From Octopus vulgaris (taxonomy: Eukaryota): a stretch of 64,000 bases of DNA. Shown one piece after another: positions 36,765 to 49,790 of this stretch. The notes beneath the pieces were generated by a model. That model was not told the DNA's origin, made no database searches, and worked only from the letters and a program-made list of their open reading frames with translations. Location of the stretch: assembly GCA_951406725.2 (NCBI GenBank), contig OX597818.1, forward strand, positions 21,824,001 through 21,888,000, in the 5' to 3' direction. The position numbers and the translations under genes were made by a program. Every line of letters starts with the position of its first letter. Position 1 is the first letter of the stretch.

Positions 36765-37100
36765 AGAAGCTTGCTTTGCAACCACATGGTATTGAGTTCA
36801 GTCCCACTATGTAGTACTTTGAACAAGTGTGTTCTACTATAGCTCTGGTTCAGTCAATTCTTTGTGAGTGAATTTGGGTAGAGGGAAACTGTGTGGAAGC
36901 TTGTCATGTAGATATTTGTGTGTCTTTGTTTTTGTTCTTCCCTCTCCCATTATTGGTTTGTTTGTGTCCCCTAGCAAAAGAGGCCAATAGAATAAGTACC
37001 AGGCTTAAAAGATAAGTACTGGGCTCAATTTGTTCAGCTAAACCCTTCAAGGCAGTGCTCTAACATGGCTGCAGTCCATTGACTGAAACAAGAAAAGGAT
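36765..37100 (+). mobile_element. CORE-type tRNA-SINE (octopus OR-like); other copies ~26730-27040, 34545-34670(-), 45460-45825, 46185-46580, 48715-49015, 51490-51640(-), 51960-52345
   Basis: Family motifs AAGAAGCTTGCTT.CCAACCACATGG..GGTTCAGTCCCACT..GGCACCTTGGGCAAGTGTCTTCTACTAT..GTGAGTGGATTTGGTAGA.GGAAACTG, internal (GT)n, ending GACTGAAACAAG.AAAAGATAAA. Confidence 0.85.
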
Positions 37101-37782
37101 AAATGAATAAACTTAATCTTTTGACATGGATTTGACCAGCTATGTATATTTTCTTTGTTATAAATTTCCTTTTTCAGCCCTTTTAATATAATCACCTTAA
37201 GCTGTTCGAAGTTATAGGGAAGTTGTAGAACAGGTTGTGGTGTGGCACTACAGTTGGCTTTTGTTTGTTATTCCATACACTGTAGACAGCAGGTGTGAAT
37301 CCAATGCTGACATATCTTTATTCATATACAGTAAATAACTGCAGACATAAAGGAAATAAATAATAATGATCATAATTATAATGATCCAGTTGATACATGT
37401 CAACATGTATCAAATGACTGCAGCACAGTATCTCTCTATTCTTCTCAGTCTTGCAACATCATGTGTGAGGACCAACATTCTCAAATCTGGTTTCACCACT
37501 TCTTCCCATATCTTCCTTTGTTTGTTTGTATATAACCACAAGTTCCCGCCACTGTCATCTCATTTTCTCTCAGCAGGTGATATATTATTGTCTATTAGTG
37601 TGATTTTTCTAGAGCAATATAGTTTTTCTGTGTACATATAGACCAGTACTTTTTAATGTCCATCAACTTATCAACTTACTTACACTTAACCTTTCTTGTA
37701 ATGATTAAACTGTTTTGTCTGTGCTTAGATATTAAAATGCAATATTCATTTATCATTACTTTAGGATATTAGTATAAGACAA

Positions 37783-38327
37783 AGAAAATGGTATTAAAAA
37801 GCAGGATTTATATGTTAATCCTAGCAGAATCTTCCTGTAAGTTAAACAATATAATTTTGAGTTATATCTGTAAAGGTTAAATGAATAGGTAAGATATTGA
37901 ATTACCAATACAAAGGCCATGTTATGTTCCAAACTCACTGCTATTTGAGCAGAATATGAGGAGACTTTATTCCATGTAACTCAGCTTACCAAACACTCAA
38001 TATTAGGTATTATAGCATCCTCAAAGATTTCCTCTTATACATTAGTACTCTATCTACATTATCGATAGCTGTTTTATTTAGGTCTTTTGTAGTACTGTAT
38101 ATGAAGGCATATGGCATTGTGGTTAGGATGTTAGACGCATGATCATAAGGTTTGATTCTAAGATTGAGCAAGTAGCACTTCATTTCACATTGCTTCATTC
38201 TACCTAGCTGAAATGAGCATGGATTGAGTGCTGATGCAGTCCTCTCTTCCTCTAGCTTCACATACTAGATATTCTGTTGTTGAGGGTGGGAAGGTTCAAG
38301 AAGGTTTCTATGTTTGCTCCACCTAAA
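37783..38327 (+). repeat. Donor segment C (545 bp), direct copy at 30999-31543
   Basis: No differences seen by eye; ORFs 38010-38261 and 31226-31477 translate identically. Confidence 0.95.
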
Positions 38328-38725
38328 ACAATTAGCGAAATTGTGGTATGTACTACCAAATCATCTTTGATTCTGAGTGATAGCTGTAGTTATAATATAG
38401 CATGTGTGCGTGCACACACATACATGCATACACACACACACATGCGCACACACACACACACAAAGAAATTGAAAGTGTATTAGACAATCAAAGCTGTAAA
38501 GCGTTTTGTAAAAATGTCTCTCAGAACATTCTTTTTGAAAAATAACAATAAATAAATAAAATATTAATAAAAATCTTCAGAATCATTTTTACTTTTAATG
38601 TCTTAGTTATGAAGGGAAGGGAGCACTCATAGCTTTTTGCAAGGTCTCTAAGTGAGAAAGAGAGAAAAAAACAGCTTGGAGATTAACTTAAAATAGCAAA
38701 TCTTTTTATTTTATTTAAAATATAC

Positions 38726-38757
<32 letters not shown>

Positions 38758-40514
38758 ATTATTTGAAAAATATGAATATCAAAGTAAGAAATAAATCACA
38801 GAATATGATCTAAAATAAAATAATGAAAAATAGAAAACGCACAAGTGTGAGTTTATGTATATGTATGAGTATATTTACATACATGTGTGCATCTGTATAG
38901 ACATGTATGAGGGTGTATATAAAAGAAGCAAATAAAAAATAAAATAATTCAAAGAAAACAAAAGCAAAATAACCTTGAACAAATCCCAAATAAGCCATAT
39001 GTTCTTCATTTTCCACCTATAATTTGGTCACATCTGTTTAGTGGTAATTATAAATATTTCACCTCCCTAAGTTTGACAAACAAGGATATAGTTCTGCTAT
39101 TTATATTACAGTTCCCTACAATTTAAAATATCTGCACCTGATATAACTTGCATATTTATTTAGTAGATTGGATTCTTTAATTCTCTGGATGAACTACAGA
39201 AACCAGAGTAGAGAATGGACTGTGGAGTTTCACAACAGGATTAATCTACTTTTCTATTTTACTGTTGTAGATGTTTTTTAGCCTTATGTTAACCCTTATG
39301 TCCTGATCCTGTAGATCTATGATTCAAAAATGTTCTAGCTGTGACTAACCCTTAGTTTATTCAGATATAGTATATCTAGATCTACATTATTTAATGTGAC
39401 TGCATTTTTTAAAGACAGTTTGTCAGAGAGAGATTGGGTGGTTATCTCTAGCAAGTTTTGTGAACATGTAGAAGTGTTCTTGATACTTTAAGGAGTTTTG
39501 CTGCTACTGTTTAACTTTATACCAATCCTGACTGAGTAGAATTCCGTTATTCAATCTATCTTTTCTAAGATGGTAGAATAGGATTTGAGAGAAATTTAGT
39601 TAATGTTTCTTGCAGGTCAATCAAAGGTGTTCCAGCTACACCCATCATTCTTTATTCAGATGTAATGTCTAGAACTGCAATAACCTATATGTCTTTTAAC
39701 CTGTTATATCTAGCAGACCAAATTGTCATGTACAGGCACATTTATTGGCTTTTAGAATTTGAGCTAAAAGTATGAAGTGCTTCATTTCAAAGACTGTTGA
39801 GTTTCTTGTAGATTTTGGAGTTTCTTGGTGTGGGCACTCATACATTTAGTTGAATATCTCCATGGAGCTTCTCTAGCTACCTTGTGTCTACTTTGGATAT
39901 TTGTGGCATATTCAATCTTTGAGGTGATGAAGTTAAAGCAAAATCACATTCATTCTTTGTCATTTGAACTTCTAGCAGACAATGGAACTGTATAGATAAA
40001 AAGAAGGGAAAAACTGATCGATATAATTAAATTAATTACATTAATTTGTAACTATCAAGAAAGTAACAACAGAAACAAAGAATTAGTTACAAACAATGGG
40101 CAGAAATGAAATTGAAGGTTTTCTATATGAAATAATCAACATATATGGCATTACTGAATGTCTCTTCTTTTATAGTAATTAAGTAATTAATGCTACAAAT
40201 CTCATAGCTGTTTTATCCTTTACTTCATTGTCCAAATATCTTCTTTGTTTTGCTACTTGTTGTTGATGGTGCTCCTACTGCTACTATTATTATACATTGT
40301 CTTTTACTGTTTTCATGAAAGAATGTCTTTAAGAGACATGTTTTGGCTTAAGAAAAGTCATCTGTTGAAATCTCCTTTGTTGCTACTAAGTCTTGTTTAA
40401 ACTTGACAGAAAGTTACTCAGTAGACAAGCTACATGTATTTTACAATCACACAGAAATTTACTACCACTACTACTGCTACTGCTGCTAATGCAAACACCA
40501 CCACCACATAATAA

Positions 40515-41154
40515 TATATTTGTACCCGAGTGTAATTTTGATGGCGTATGCTGCTCTCTCACTCAATAATAATAATCCTTTCTATTATAGGCGCAAGGTC
40601 TGAAGTTTTTGAGAGGGGGATAGTCAGTTAAACCAACCCCAGTTTTCAACTGGTACTTATTTCATTGATACCCCCAAAAGATGAAAGGCAAAGTTAACCT
40701 TGGTGGTATTTGAATTCAGAATGTAAAGGTGGATGAAATGCTGCTAATCATTTTGCCCAGCATGTTAATGATTCTTCCAGCTCATTGTCTTAATAATGAT
40801 AATAATGGATTATCAGGAGGATTCTAAGCACTTGAAAGACTACTGAAACTGTGTGGATACCTAAGGTTATAGATAGTCACCTGCTACCTACATAAATCCT
40901 ACCAAGAACAAGACCGAATCTGAGTCAAACTAAATAATAATAGTGACCTTTTGAGCAGGATGAGCTACTTGACATGAAGAAAATTCTAACTAGGCCCCAC
41001 CTGCAAGATCATGTGCTGTTTATCTTGATATGAGATTGCCATGCTATGTATATATGGGTGTGATGCATGTGCCTGGTAGTCATGCTGGATATGTTGGGTT
41101 TTGTATATATGTACCCTCAGTGTTACTTTGATGGTATGCACTGCTCTCTCTCCC

Positions 41155-41210
<56 letters not shown>

Positions 41211-41460
41211 CTCACTCAATAATAATAATAATAATCCTTTCTACTAAAGGCATAAGGCTTGAAATTTTGGGGGAGTGGACTAGCTGATTTCATCAACCCC
41301 AGTGTTTCACTGGTACTTAATTTATTGACCCCGAAAGGATGAAAGGCAAAGTTGACCTTGGCAGAATTTGAACTCAGATCATAGCAATGGGCAAAATACT
41401 GTGAAGCATTTCATCCAGTATGCTAATGATTCTGCCAGCTTGTTGACTTAATAATAATAA
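40515..41460. mobile_element. Nest of (AAT)n-associated retroposons: tRNA-SINEs 40576-40792(-) and 41234-41450(-), R4-like terminal fragment ~40807-40933(+), another short repeat ~40945-41225(+) with a second tail copy at 40515-40575
   Basis: SINE motifs as in 2231-4835; IIRRILST* resembles the R4-clade C-terminus; shared tail GTACCC..AGTGT.A.TTTGATGG..CTCTCTCACTCAATAATAAT. Confidence 0.65.
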
Positions 41461-42730
41461 CAATGATAATTGGATAGCAACATGTAAATACTTTACTGTT
41501 ATTTCTCCTCACTATTTTGGAAAAAAAGACCTATATCCAAAATATTGATGTTTTCCCTTTCTCTCACAACAAATATTTATAGTTTTATTACAGTTTTCCA
41601 TTATTTTAATTAAGACAGTTTCTCTATTAAATAAAAGTGATTCTTGTACTCTGCTAAAGTGGTTAAAGTAAATATGCAGTGCAATAACAGTAAAGAGCAA
41701 GATATGTATAAAGGTGCAATGTATTTACCCTCCTGCTTTACTTTACAATTTTCTTTCTTCTGTTTTGAACCTTAAGACTCCTCAGGCTAGTGACCCAGTT
41801 TCCATAGCATATAAGTGACTGAGATCACAACGTTACCCTTGAATGGACACTGGTCTGTCACATAACTGTAGAGGATGAAACAATGTAAAAGGAAGTGATT
41901 TGCTGTAGAATACAATGCACCACTCAGTCCCAAAACCAAAGCCCTAATCTAATGATTGTGAATGCAACACCCTAATCACAAGGTCACTCACCTTCACAGT
42001 TTTCTTTATCAACCTTTAATGGCAACAAACAAGACAACTTGTTTGTAGTAAATTAATTTAAGGATCCAAGCAAGAACACACGTTTGGCAATTAGAGAATC
42101 CTGATTTAGAATCTATTTGGAATTTCATTAACTTCGATATAGAAAGGGTCAAATGTTCTCTTAGCAAAGTGTAAACATACAGAACCCTGTAGTTTCACAA
42201 AAAATGGTGTTAGAAGCTTGGAAATGTACAAAATAGTATTGCAAAACAAATAAATTTATTATCAATTCTGTATAGATTAATATTTGATCTTTCATAAAGT
42301 AATTTGTTGGATTAATATTCAAAATTATAAAAGAGCATTGTTTGTGTGTGAGCACAATGCATGTTGCAATTTCTGATGCAGCCAATATCACATCTACACT
42401 TTATTCAAGTGCTTAGCTGTTTATATGATTCATTTCAATTAGAACATAGTTTGAAATTACTTTTTATTTGAAAATTGCTTTTTTTTCTAATATAGTAGTT
42501 TCCACACTGAGCAATGTGACACACTGACATAACACAAGATGTGAAAAATAGCAATGTTGTTTACTGTTTAAAGAAATAACTACTTAATCATTTCTATAGT
42601 TGGAATTATATATATATTTGTATCCTAAAATATGTAAATATCTTAGTGCTCTTGTAACAAGGTGCATCAAAATAGTTTTAATTGCTCGAAGGTGTGTTGT
42701 GAATAAAATAAATATAAATAAAAATGCAGT

Positions 42731-44970
42731 CATTTGATGAAAGCTTCTGCCTGCACCATCAGACCTCAGCTCTCTTTGCCAAATTTTTACTAATTTTAAA
42801 TACTGATTTTTTTTTTCTTCTTCTTCCTTGTTTTTCCAACACAGACAATCATTGTTTCTACAAACTCTAGTAATTTCCTGTAGAAGCAGAGTTAGATACC
42901 TTTGTTCAGCAACACAGTACAATAACAATAGTATGAACTAAGCCTATGACTATGTGATCAATATTCTGCCTGAAACTTATATCCATTACGCCTCATAAAT
43001 AGCACAATAAATATATATTCAGAAATGTACTAAATCAAAAATTTATTAGCTTTATTTTCATCCAAAATTAACAAAAACTTTGTCCTGCATCTATAAACAA
43101 TTCATCAGTTGTTCGATTTCTTTTGGTCAAAGATGTTAACTGGTTTGATGAGAAAACTTGTTCTTATACTAGTAAGACCATTAGAAAGCTCAAGAACTCA
43201 TCATTCAGAGATAGAAGGGAATATATAAAAATAAATGCAATATTTTAAGATTATTTAATAATATTTTGTGCAATCAGCTCAGAACAAACTTGCAATGGTT
43301 AGAAGAATGTCATTTCAAATTGCATTTTATTGTTCTTTCATATAGTGTTACTTACCTTATAATTTATCATTTCACTGTTGATAATAGCTGTGTTGTTATA
43401 TTCTGGAAATGAAAAAAACTCTCATGGTCTAACTGCAGTTAAAATGCTGGAAGAGTGGGGGGTTCAAAAGAAGTTTTAGCTAGAAATGTAGAACAAATGA
43501 ATCCAGAACCAAAGTCTTTGGAAAACGCACATTAGGTAATCATCATAATATATTTTTCTGGAAAAAGAAAAGAAATAATTGCATACTGTCAACTTAATGT
43601 GACAGTCCCATGAAGGGAATAATGGCAGTTCCAGTGCTATGTACATATGGAAAGAATAAATAAGAATTATGTAGAGAATGCTACAGGTTAAAAATACATC
43701 AAAGAATTCTTGGAGTGAAGAGGTTTCTTATGAATCTGAAATTTAGTAGGAGTGTTTTGCAGCATTTAAAAATTTATTGCACCATACTGGTATGGTGTAG
43801 ATTAGTCTACTAAACAAGTTAATGCTCAAATGTGTATAGCAAAGCATAGATCAGGATCAATTGGCCAACAGCTGCAATAAGATTTGGTGTATGAGGACAT
43901 TTACATTTGGAATAGAAATGTCATGGCTGAATATTCTGTCCAACAGCTGCCACTTTGACATACTTAAACATTATAAAACTGCACTTTTGTATATTTGTAT
44001 AATACAAGCTGTAGGCTGGAAAACAAAACATGAACTTCAGTAGTGTGTAAATTTATAATGTCTCTGTAGGTGATTATATTCTGTTCTTTTATCTTTCGGC
44101 ATTATTGAACCCATTTTGTTTTGTTCAGGCATGCATAAGTTGATAAGTGCTCAAATTAACATTTCTGTGGAGTATTTAAAAAATTGGGACTTAACAGTTG
44201 AACAACCCACTCATATGGGAAGCAAGAATGGTGCCTATTTTTCAGCTAGATAGATTACTCTTATGCATGCCTGAAATATTTGATAATTTAGCAAAATAAT
44301 TAGGCTTGAAATGTGCTAAATAAATACAGGTATATATGAAATTATAAAATCTAGATAGTCAAAGAAAATAACTGTTTTGTTATAAATTAGAAATTTACAT
44401 TTTAGATCTTCAATAACTTTCATCTCAAGTCTTTTTATAAAGTAAAAGAGAGAAGATGCAGTACCCATGATCTTTGTACACTCACTGAGACTCATGGTAC
44501 TGATGTAGCTTATGCCCATGGTTCAAGTATTTTCCAAGTGTGATCTGGTTTGAATATTTACAGGAGTTGAACCCTACTAATGGCACTTAACTTCTTAATC
44601 ATTCATGTTATTTTTTCCCTTATTCTTTTGTCACTAATTATTAGATAAACTGGAGCAAGTATAGACAAGTTCTCAATTTACAGTCAGGGCTTGCATTTGA
44701 TGAAAGGTTCTGCTTGCACCATCAGGCCTCAGCTCTCTTTGCCATTTTTTTACTAATTTTAATAATTGATTTTTTTTTTGTTCTTCTTCCTTGTTTTTCC
44801 AACACAGACAGTCATTGTTTCCACAAACTAATAATTTCCTGGAGAAGCAGAGTTAGATACCTTTGTTCAGCAACACAGTACAATAACAATAGTATGAACT
44901 GAGCCTATGACCATGTTATCAATATTCTGCCTGAAACTTATATCCATTACACCTCATAAATAGCACAATA
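42731..44970 (+). repeat. Local direct duplication: 42731-43009 vs 44694-44970 (~280 bp, roughly 90% identical)
   Basis: AGAAGCAGAGTTAGATACCTTTGTTCAGCAACACAGTACAATAACAATAGTATGAACT is identical in both copies. Confidence 0.95.
43356..43402 (-). CDS. Candidate 47-nt minus-strand exon (xYNNTAIINSEMINYK)
   Basis: tttttttcatttccag acceptor and AAG|gtaagt donor; only one frame open; opposite strand to the other candidates. Confidence 0.25.
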
Positions 44971-47099
44971 CAATTTTCATTTCTCCAAAATTAATTTAAT
45001 TAAAAAATAAAATTATATGCTTTAAATATTTTAACTATTTTGTTTAGTCTCAAGTTGGCTATCACTGAGCATATCCATGATTAAAAACATTCAAGCTTTG
45101 ACTATTCCATCTTTTTGTATATGTCAGACTACATTGTTTAATGTGTCCTATTTTTTTAAGATATTAGGAAAGAATTTACTATAGATTCAGCTGCTATTTC
45201 TTGCAGGTCAAGCAGCCACATAGATGCTTCTCATTAGATTCTTTCAAACTTAATCATTTTTAAAGCAGTCAAATATTGTGTAGAGCAGTAAGTATACTGA
45301 AGGAAGATTGAAATCTTTCAAGATGAGAATTAGTCTATTCCAAAAGTTAAAAAGAACTGATGAATGGTAAGCAATTAACTTGTATTCTTAAAAGAATATT
45401 GCTTTACACTGAGAAAACAAGTGCGTGTGTGTGAGAGAGAGAGACAGAGAGAGGGATAGCTATGTGCTAAGACGTTTGCTTCCCAACCACATGGTTCTAG
45501 GTTTAGTTCCACTGCATGGCACCTTGGGCAAGTGTCTTCTACTATGGTGTTGAGCCAACCAAAGCCTTGTGAGTGGATTTGGTAGATGGAAACTGAAAGA
45601 AGCCCATTATGTGTGTGTGAGTGTTTGTGCCTGTGTTTTCACCTCCTCCCAACACCACTTGATAACCAGTGTTGTTGTGTTTATGTTCCCTTAACTTAGT
45701 GGCTTGGCAAAAGAGTTCAATAGAATAAGTACCAGGGGTGGTTTGATTGACTAAAATTCTTCAGAATGGTACCCTAGCATGGTCATAGTCTAATGAGTGA
45801 AACAAGTAAAAGATAAAAGATAGGTATATATATATATTTACACATATTCAAATCTCTACATAGTTGTGTTTAACCATAACCTATTGCTTATGTCATGCTT
45901 TAAGTTATCATTCAACATCACTTAGAAAATATCAAATTTTGAATTTCTGTTTATGACATATATTATGTTTTAATGATATATATTAAATTGAATCATGCTT
46001 AAGATAACGCCAAATTTTCAAACACCCAACAAACTACATCTAGTGAATTGGTGAAGTTAAGTCATCTAAATTTGCAAGTGATCTTTTAATATGTTAATAT
46101 CTCATGAATGGCAAAAGTAATAAAAGTAATGAGAAAGAAAATTAAACAAAACAGTAAAAAAAAAAATAGATGAAATTATATAAAGGGCAGGTATGGTTGT
46201 GTGGTAAGAAGCTTGCTTCCCAACCATGTGATTCTGGGTTCAATCCCATTGTATGGCACCTTGGGCAAATGTTTTCTACTATAGACTTAGGCTGACCAAA
46301 GCTTTGTAATTGGATTTGGTAGATGGAAACTGGAAAAAGCTCATATATATATATATTCATGTTTCTGTGTGTATGTGTGTCTTTGTGTCTGTGTTCCCCA
46401 CCACCACCACCACCACCTCTTGACAACTGGTGTCAGTTTGTTTACATTCCTGTAATTTAGTGGTTTGGAAAAAACCGATAGAATAAGTTGCAAGCTTACA
46501 AAATAAAAGCATTAGGCTTGATTCCTCTGACTAAAAGTCCAAGGTTGTGCTCCAGCTTTCATGCAGTTAAATGACTGAAACAAATTCAATTGTAACTATC
46601 ATCATTGTCATCAACATCATCATTGCTGAGTTAACAAGGGAGCCTCTATGTGACCAGACCTGCTAGAAAAAGCAGCCAAATATCTATCAAATCATATCTT
46701 ACAATATCACACTGAAGACAAAGGGCACCTTGGATAATGCAGTCCTGTGGAACACTTTGTTCAAATTAAAGTTGATTTAGTAACAGCTGGAATGTCTTTG
46801 AGTGTAGGTCTGCTCGATTAGCACTGACATGAGTCAAGACAACATTGCCAATCATTGTCATTATTTCAGTGGCTAATTTCTCATGATTTTATGAGTTGGG
46901 CAAGTTGTCAAACTCTCTCTACACTCTCCCTATCAGTGATAGATAAAATGTTACTAAACCTCAAAAACAATGATTTTATTCAACTTCAATCCTGGATCTG
47001 CACTTCTCTGTGACAGATTTGATGCAGCTGATTTTCGCTTTACATATCTGTTAGGTGCTGAAGGAAAAATGTGAGCAGGAACAGAATTTCAGTGGCTTT

Positions 47100-47530
47100 T
47101 CATTTTGGGGAGTGAGGAATGGGTAAGTGTTTAGTGATGTATTTGGTCTTTAAAAGACATAGTAAAGGTAGATTGTGGAGGACATGTATTGAAAGGACTT
47201 GACAGAGAACTTGTTCAGAAGAACAGAAGTCATAATAGCAACAGGAAAGGCAAAAATGAAACAGCATTATCTGAGCTAGTGGTTGAAGTGCAAGAGTTAG
47301 TGAATCTTTGCCAAACTGACTAATTTTCTTTTGATTTTGCCTATGATGTTTGTGTGCAAAGTTGTAACACCATCTCATATATATTAGCAGTACTCCAATG
47401 TTGGCCTTAATTAAGTTTTGTAATAGTGAGTAGATATGAATGTCTAGAGGGGGGACTCCTCCTTCAGCCAGGATATTTTTGGCTAGACAGAGTACAGAAG
47501 TGAAATGTAAAATAGACCCTAACAAGTGAG
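47100..47530 (-). mobile_element. Old I/Nimb-type LINE relic; a possible endonuclease remnant of a similar element lies at ~49085-49450(-)
   Basis: NILAEGGVPPL resembles the post-RT SLLAEAGEPPL motif; otherwise heavily decayed. Confidence 0.35.
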
Positions 47531-47807
47531 TGTTTCATACTAATGGAGACATTTCTACTTCAAGTTTAAGTAGTTCAATATTTTAGAGATTCATTTCAGT
47601 TGTGAAATGAAAGGTTAATTTTAACTTTAGAGGAGAAAAATGATATAATGGACAAACAATCAGTAGACACTATTACATTTTTATGTTGTTTGTCTCATTT
47701 CCATTTCTCTAGCCAAAAATATCCTGGCTGAAGGAGGAGTCCCCCCTCTAGACATTCATATCTACTCACTATTACAAAACTTAATTAAGGCCAACATTGG
47801 AGTACTG
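47388..47807. repeat. Perfect 100-bp inverted duplication: 47388-47487 vs 47708-47807, 220-bp spacer
   Basis: CAGTACTCCAATGTTGGCC..GGATATTTTTGGCTAGA is the exact reverse complement of TCTAGCCAAAAATATCC..GGCCAACATTGGAGTACTG. Confidence 0.97.
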
Positions 47808-48145
47808 AAAAATTATCCTTCATATACCTAACAATATGAAACCAAAAGATGTAGAGGTGAGATGACTGTGTAAACCAGGTATTGAACCACTTTCTCCTAG
47901 ATTGGGAATTCAAGTTTACTGCAGGTGATCCATTCTGTTTATGGGCAAAACACTTTACTAAAGTACACCTAGCTATTAGTTGGAATATGTAACATATTAA
48001 TTTGAGAATGTATCTAACAGAGGATTAATTCAACTATGTCGCTGATCCCTAGAAATTTGTAAGTTTTGTACCAAAGTTAGAAGTCAGTATTGGTTAATAA
48101 GAGAGGTGAAGTTGTGTAAACAGTAGTACACCGGGACTGATAAAA

Positions 48146-48533
48146 TCTCTCTATATATAAACGGCAGTTTGTCTGTGCGTGTTTCTGTGTGTCTGTTTTC
48201 TCGTACCCTCACCCTGACCACGGCTTTCAACCGATTCTGATGAAACTTGACACACACATAGCCCAATGTCATAATTCAAAACTAACGCAGCGAAAATTTT
48301 GAAAAGTTAACCCCAGTTCTGAAAAAAATCGATAATTTCGACATGGGGTCGAGAATCAAAAAAAACAAACCACAGACTGTCTAGGGGACGCAACTCAACC
48401 TTTTTTTACTCTCAAAAAAAAATTTACCATAATTTTTTTTCCATTTTTTTGCTATTTTTTGGCTATAACTCTCTAAAAATGCTTTATAGTTATTTCCCTT
48501 ACAAACCTGAGCAACGCCGGGCGATACTGCTAG
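48146..48533 (+). mobile_element. Non-autonomous Helitron, relatively young, inserted in an old SINE
   Basis: A|TC start (TCTCTCTATATATAAA), subterminal hairpin CCTGAGCAACGCCGGG, CTAG|T end, no TSD, CpGs retained. Confidence 0.88.
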
Positions 48534-49046
48534 TCAACTATACAAATTAACTACACAAATTTATGACCTTGTGTATGAAATACAACCTATGTCATTTTCT
48601 TAGCTTAACACAATGAACACTATAGTCAAAATATCTTACCTAAAAACAATGTTAAATTCATAAATGCATAATGTGGCACAAATATTGAAGTAGAGATTAT
48701 ATCCTACCTTGTCATGGCCAATTGGTTAAGAAATTCATTTTACAATCACAAGTCCTCAGTTTGATGCCCCTTGAATGATATCTTAGGCAAGTGTTTTCTA
48801 CTGTTGCCCTAGTTAATCTGAGCCTTGTGAGTGAAATTGGTTAGACAGAATCTGCTTAGAAGCCTGTCAGATTAATTGTAACTGTTATTCAAAGGCGTAG
48901 CCCTGTCACACTGATTCTTTCTAAGGGTGTGTTGAATAGTCAACCACTTATATGCTAATTCAATGAGCAGGTGAAATCAGTTGATTAAACAACTGGATCC
49001 TCCTCACTGAAACAAATGGAGAGCCATTAAACCTTGACCTTAAAAT

Positions 49047-49082
<36 letters not shown>

Positions 49083-49676
49083 CTTGTGGTTAGGAGAGGG
49101 TAGGGTATAAAGTGTATAATCCCCACTTTGAACTCTGTCACATTTGAATGTAGTGTATGTTACTATCACTACCTCCAAGTAATAGGAGGGGCACCACTCT
49201 TGTGGTTTGCAGCCCCATCCCCCTCAGACATAGGTAATTGATGTGGTTGAGCTTCAGTTTGGATATCTGTAAACAGAAATGTAGTTAGTGAGTGAATTTC
49301 CAAGTAGTTGCAGTTCTGGAGAAGAGGGATAGAGTGAATGTTTAGTGCAATATCTTGGATGTGCAACAGGTGAAGAGTGATGAAATGTGGAATGGAAATG
49401 TTTATGACCAAATTAGAGCATATGACCTGCAAACTTGTTGATGTAAGCACCTTAACTACTAAATTGTTCTGGCCTCTGTGTGTGTGTGTGTGAAGAAGAA
49501 GAGAGATATGTCATTTGTGTAATGTATGTCTACTCTGTGTGAATTAAATGAGTTATTAATTAATTAATATACCCATTTTATAACCTGCAACTAATTAACT
49601 ACTAAACTTTATTGCATGTTTATTCTGTAATTGACAGTATTTTACATACTTATTACCACTGCTACTATTATTATTA

Positions 49677-49790
49677 TCATCATCATCATTGTTCGACTGT
49701 GGTCGAGACAATGGAATTTACCATGCTACGCCAGACTTTACGGTCCATCATGGCATTACGGAGGTCCTGTTGCTGGATGCCTGTATCCCT
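49677..49790 (-). mobile_element. Short 3' end of the same LINE family as 35283-35822, inserted in (ATT)n
   Basis: Reverse complement matches 35712-35822 (GGGATACAGGCATCCAGCAACAGGACCTCCGTAATGC..GTCGAACAATGATGAT). Confidence 0.9.
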
